Positions 60,916-64,000 of a stretch of 64,000 nucleotides of DNA are shown piece by piece. The position numbers and the translations under genes are program-made. Under the pieces are notes generated by a model. The model saw nothing but the letters and a program-made list of their open reading frames with translations, did no database searches and had not been told where the DNA came from. Position 1 is the first letter of the stretch, and every line of letters starts with the position of its first letter. This DNA is from Amphiscolops sp. MND2022 (lineage: Eukaryota), in contig OZ076409.1 in the NCBI GenBank assembly GCA_964187785.1, forward strand, positions 16,804,001-16,868,000, given 5' to 3'.

Positions 60916-61409
60916 GGCTACGTGGAATCAGGTCTAAAGAAATAGATATAAATAGATCTAAGAGAGGGGTCAAAATCTCTTCTAATTTGATCTAATTTGA
61001 GAGCAAAAATAACAGAAAGTGGCGAGAAAGTTTTGCCACCTCTCTTAGATATATTTCGTTAGACCCGATTCCACGTAGCCTCTCGGATATGTCCCATTTC
61101 CTCTAGTGCCCCGCGGCCCCTTGGGGTCGCTTTTATTCCCATCTTGCTAAGCGAGGTCGAACAGGAGCAAAGACCTAGCGAGAACGGAGATCGCGAAGCG
61201 ATCGTAGTGGGAGCTGGTCTTTGCGACGGTGAGGGCGAGCGTGCATACATCGCATATGCCCCACAATATATTTTCGCTTTCAGAACACACATTAGATCAT
61301 AAAGGGATTAGACCTAAGTATTTTAGATAAAATTAGATATGAAAGTTAGGCCTAACAGTTAGATCTAATTCCATTAGACCCAAGCAATTAGATCAAAGGC
61401 GTACACTCC
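60916..61409. mobile_element. Composite non-autonomous insertion with 8-bp TSD
   Basis: GCCTCGAG at 60908-60915 and 61410-61417; internal TIR pair GGCTACGTGGAATC (60916) / GATTCCACGTAGCC (ending 61080). Removing it restores GRFSRHHNLN. Confidence 0.75.
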
Positions 61410-61673
61410 GCCTCGAGAAACGTCCCGTGCTTCTGACACAGGAAAGACCATGAGTCCGTTCTCTTCGACAAGTTTACCACAACGGCAAGTGTATTTCTCG
61501 CAAATTTTTGCCCCATCTTCCTATGCCCCATCGGAAAAATGGGAGAATCGCCTGAGTATAGCTGCTTTCAATAAAATTGACATTACCGATCTTGGACAAT
61601 GATTTGCGGATAATGGAATCATATTGCTTTAAGAGATCCAACTCTTCAAAGCAAGGGCTGGTGCGAAGTACGG

Positions 61674-61741
61674 TAGTAGTAGTAGCAGTAGTAGTAGTAG
61701 TAGTACAGTAGTACTACAGTAGTAGTAGAAAGTACAGTAGT
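61674..61741. repeat. (AGT)n-like microsatellite
   Basis: GTAGTAGTAGTAGCAGTAGTAG... run. Confidence 0.8.
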
Positions 61742-62371
61742 TTGGGTAGACTGAAACAGTTCTTCAACAGGTAGAAACCATAGGGGGCGTCTATTTTCGT
61801 AACAACTTCTGAGAGTCTTTGCAATTCAATCTTCATTTTGTTCAACAGGCCTCGACGAGCTTTTGTGCCCATTGGCGACCCTAAAATTTCCAAATTCTCA
61901 TGATCTTCTACTTCGATACCCTGGCAAATTTTTTCAAAAAAGGTTTTTCATTCTCTTTTTTGAGCTTTCGGTACAATTTCCGAAGAAAATCAGGTAACAT
62001 TTAGTTTTTTCGAGAGACAACCCATACTCGTCGGCGCTAGCAATGATTGGTTTGAGGTCCTCAAGGACCGTCCGATAGTGATCCGAAAAATTTCCGTCGT
62101 CGAGGCACCATGTTCGATGTTCTAACATCTTCGTCCTGTAATTAACTTGTCGAAAATAAAACAGCTTTATCATTTCACGCACAGATACCCGCATAGAAGG
62201 GTGACAAGTAACTTCTTCAATCCAAATGGCACAAAATTGAGCCAAGACCATTCTAACTCATGCAATGGCTGAAAACAACCTATTCAAGACAAAAACTGAA
62301 TTGAATTTTTAACGAAGTGTTTGACAACAATAAACGAAAAATGTTACGAAATGTTTATCATAATTGTAGCA

Positions 62372-62505
62372 TGGCTCGGTCGCTACGCTCGCTTCGCCAA
62401 GTAGCAACATTGAGGCGTCCATTGAATCGCCCATATGGCAAGTCGCTCCGCTTCGTTTCTGCATTTAGGGCGCTAGAACGTGAACGTAGCTGACGTTATA
62501 ATGAT
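62372..62505 (+). repeat. Short interspersed repeat, also present inside the Merlin-like MITE (11838-11932)
   Basis: Shared CGCCAAGTAGCAACATTGAGGC, ATGGCA.GTCG, TAGCTGAC and GTTATAAT blocks. Confidence 0.65.
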
Positions 62506-62519
62506 AAATCTGATGGAGT

Positions 62520-62830
62520 TACGATCTTCTCGATAGCACTGGGACGATAACTTGGTGGAAGGAAGGCGGATATTGGTTAAGGTGAACTACCTTGGCACGA
62601 TGACAAGAAGTTTGCAAACCCCATAATCTCAAGAAGTTGGTTTCGTAAAAAATACAAGTCGTTTCCCCCGAAAAAATGATTGATGTCAAAAAAGTCCTTG
62701 ATTGAACAAAATTGTAGACGCGCCGAACACAAACACCAGGCAGAGAAAGTATATTCAAGTTTTCTGACTCCATATTCCTTGCCTGTGAGTCAGCAATCAG
62801 AAGGGTTTTGGTGGATGAAGTTCTGTATAC
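62520..62830 (-). pseudogene. SGNH/GDSL-hydrolase-like remnant
   Basis: KTLLIADSQARN..ILSLPG (62809-62740), then after a frameshift FFGGNDLY (62675-62652): blocks I, II and III of SGNH hydrolases. Confidence 0.6.
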
Positions 62831-63149
62831 ATAACGTGACTGTCTTGGTGCCGAAATTCAGAATCCCTTAAAAATGGTCATTAGGACCAAGGTATTGGAT
62901 ATTTGTTCAAAAGACATTGAAATTCAAAAAAAGACCATTATTACTTCCCAACTTGTCACTGGAGTATAATTGAAACGAAATAGGTTTCTGAAAACGGGTC
63001 CAGGAACATCGCCCAAAACGGAATCGTATCCATGAGGGTGTAAAAGGTTATACTGGGGTAACGACAAAAATTGAAGAGTGAAGTAAAAAATGAGGCGATT
63101 TGGGATGGCACTATAAAATGTGCATCTAAGTAACGCCCAAAACAACGCT

Positions 63150-64000
63150 TAATGCACTTTGTGAGGGGAACAAGAAACCGGGAAGCTGAGTGGACTACCT
63201 ATTGACTGCGGGGTTTTCATCAATTCATCTAAAGGATGCATGATCCCGGCAAGGTTGACCCATGTAGAGTAAATCTACACGAGAATGGCTTCGACGTTTA
63301 GGTCTAGCTGCGCTTTCAGTTGCGAAAGACCCGCTGGGTCCAAAGCGTCCATGAGCGCGTACAGCCAGGTTTTCAGATTCTGAGCATACACTAGGAAGCT
63401 GAGGAGGCACGCGAATCGTATGTCGAACACCATCATTTGCAGGAGGCTGGAGGGTCCTTTGTATACCGCGTTCAGGCCGGCGGCTGTCAGAAACGCTAGG
63501 ACTTCGCTCACTTTGGCCCTCTTCATAGCTTCCATGTACAAGCGCACTTGTTGCTCGTGAAGGTTGGTTTCCGCCTGTACGAAATTGGAAAGATATAAGG
63601 GGGAAATGTTATATAGGAGCACTGGAAACGGGATACTTTGTCGCTCTGCGTCGTGTTTTAGTGGCTCGTGTAGTTTGGTAGGTTTGCCTTGGTTCCTCTT
63701 CATTGCGGCGGGCCAGGTCCTGAGCCATCACTGCTAGGAGCGCTAGGGTGGACACCATTCCAGGCTGTGCGTCGAGGGCCACGGCTGCATTAGGGAACAC
63801 CGTGGTGTTCGTTCCGTTTTGCTTGATGGTTTTCGTAATTTTGAACAGAGCTACTATCACCTTGTGGAACTTCGCCTCATGAGTTTTTTCGTCAAGCGTA
63901 GAGTCGTCTCTTCGCTTGCTCATACCATAGGTTATCCACCAGATTCTACCGTTCCTGTTCATTGGGGTCAATTACTTAGCGTACGCCCTGTTCGTCCAGT
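63150..64000 (-). pseudogene. Unidentified disrupted coding sequence (continues past the window end)
   Basis: Overlapping ORFs 63609-63971 and 63275-63703 are joined by an apparent frameshift. The stretch is intron-free and visibly more GC-rich than its flanks. Confidence 0.35.

Larger units (their letters stand above)
59750..62150 (-). mobile_element. CRE-like non-LTR retrotransposon (RT + CCHC + restriction-like endonuclease), fragmented
   Basis: WCLDDG (~62100), CRCG..HGLSC..GRFSRHHNLN, EP..L.R.DGKRPDG.TL.PW..GK.L.WDVTC (60630-60887), QRLS..IQAGNAASVVGT (~59830). Interrupted by two TSD-flanked insertions. Confidence 0.85.

Overview
AT-rich, transposon-dense eukaryotic (metazoan) DNA with GT-AG spliceosomal introns. 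I found no rRNA, intact tRNA gene, CRISPR array or operon-like structure. Two host genes lie on the minus strand: a 9-exon EXT1-like exostosin (44636->24072, about 707 aa) and a KAT6A/MOZ-family MYST acetyltransferase (at least 9 exons, 57948->48516, 5' end unresolved). Most of the rest is nested mobile DNA. It includes a full-length but mutated BEL/Pao LTR retrotransposon with an extra SGNH-like ORF upstream of gag, and a fossil Helitron-like Rep-PIF1 element with a candidate C-terminal GIY-YIG nuclease in the last EXT1 intron. There are at least 7 copies of a DINE-1/HINE-like non-autonomous family with covarying terminal hairpins and embedded tRNA-like segments. Also present are Gypsy, CR1-like, CRE-like, piggyBac, Tc1/IS630 and hAT remnants, and several MITEs with readable target-site duplications (TSDs). 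All assignments come from manual reading and remembered family motifs; no searches were run.
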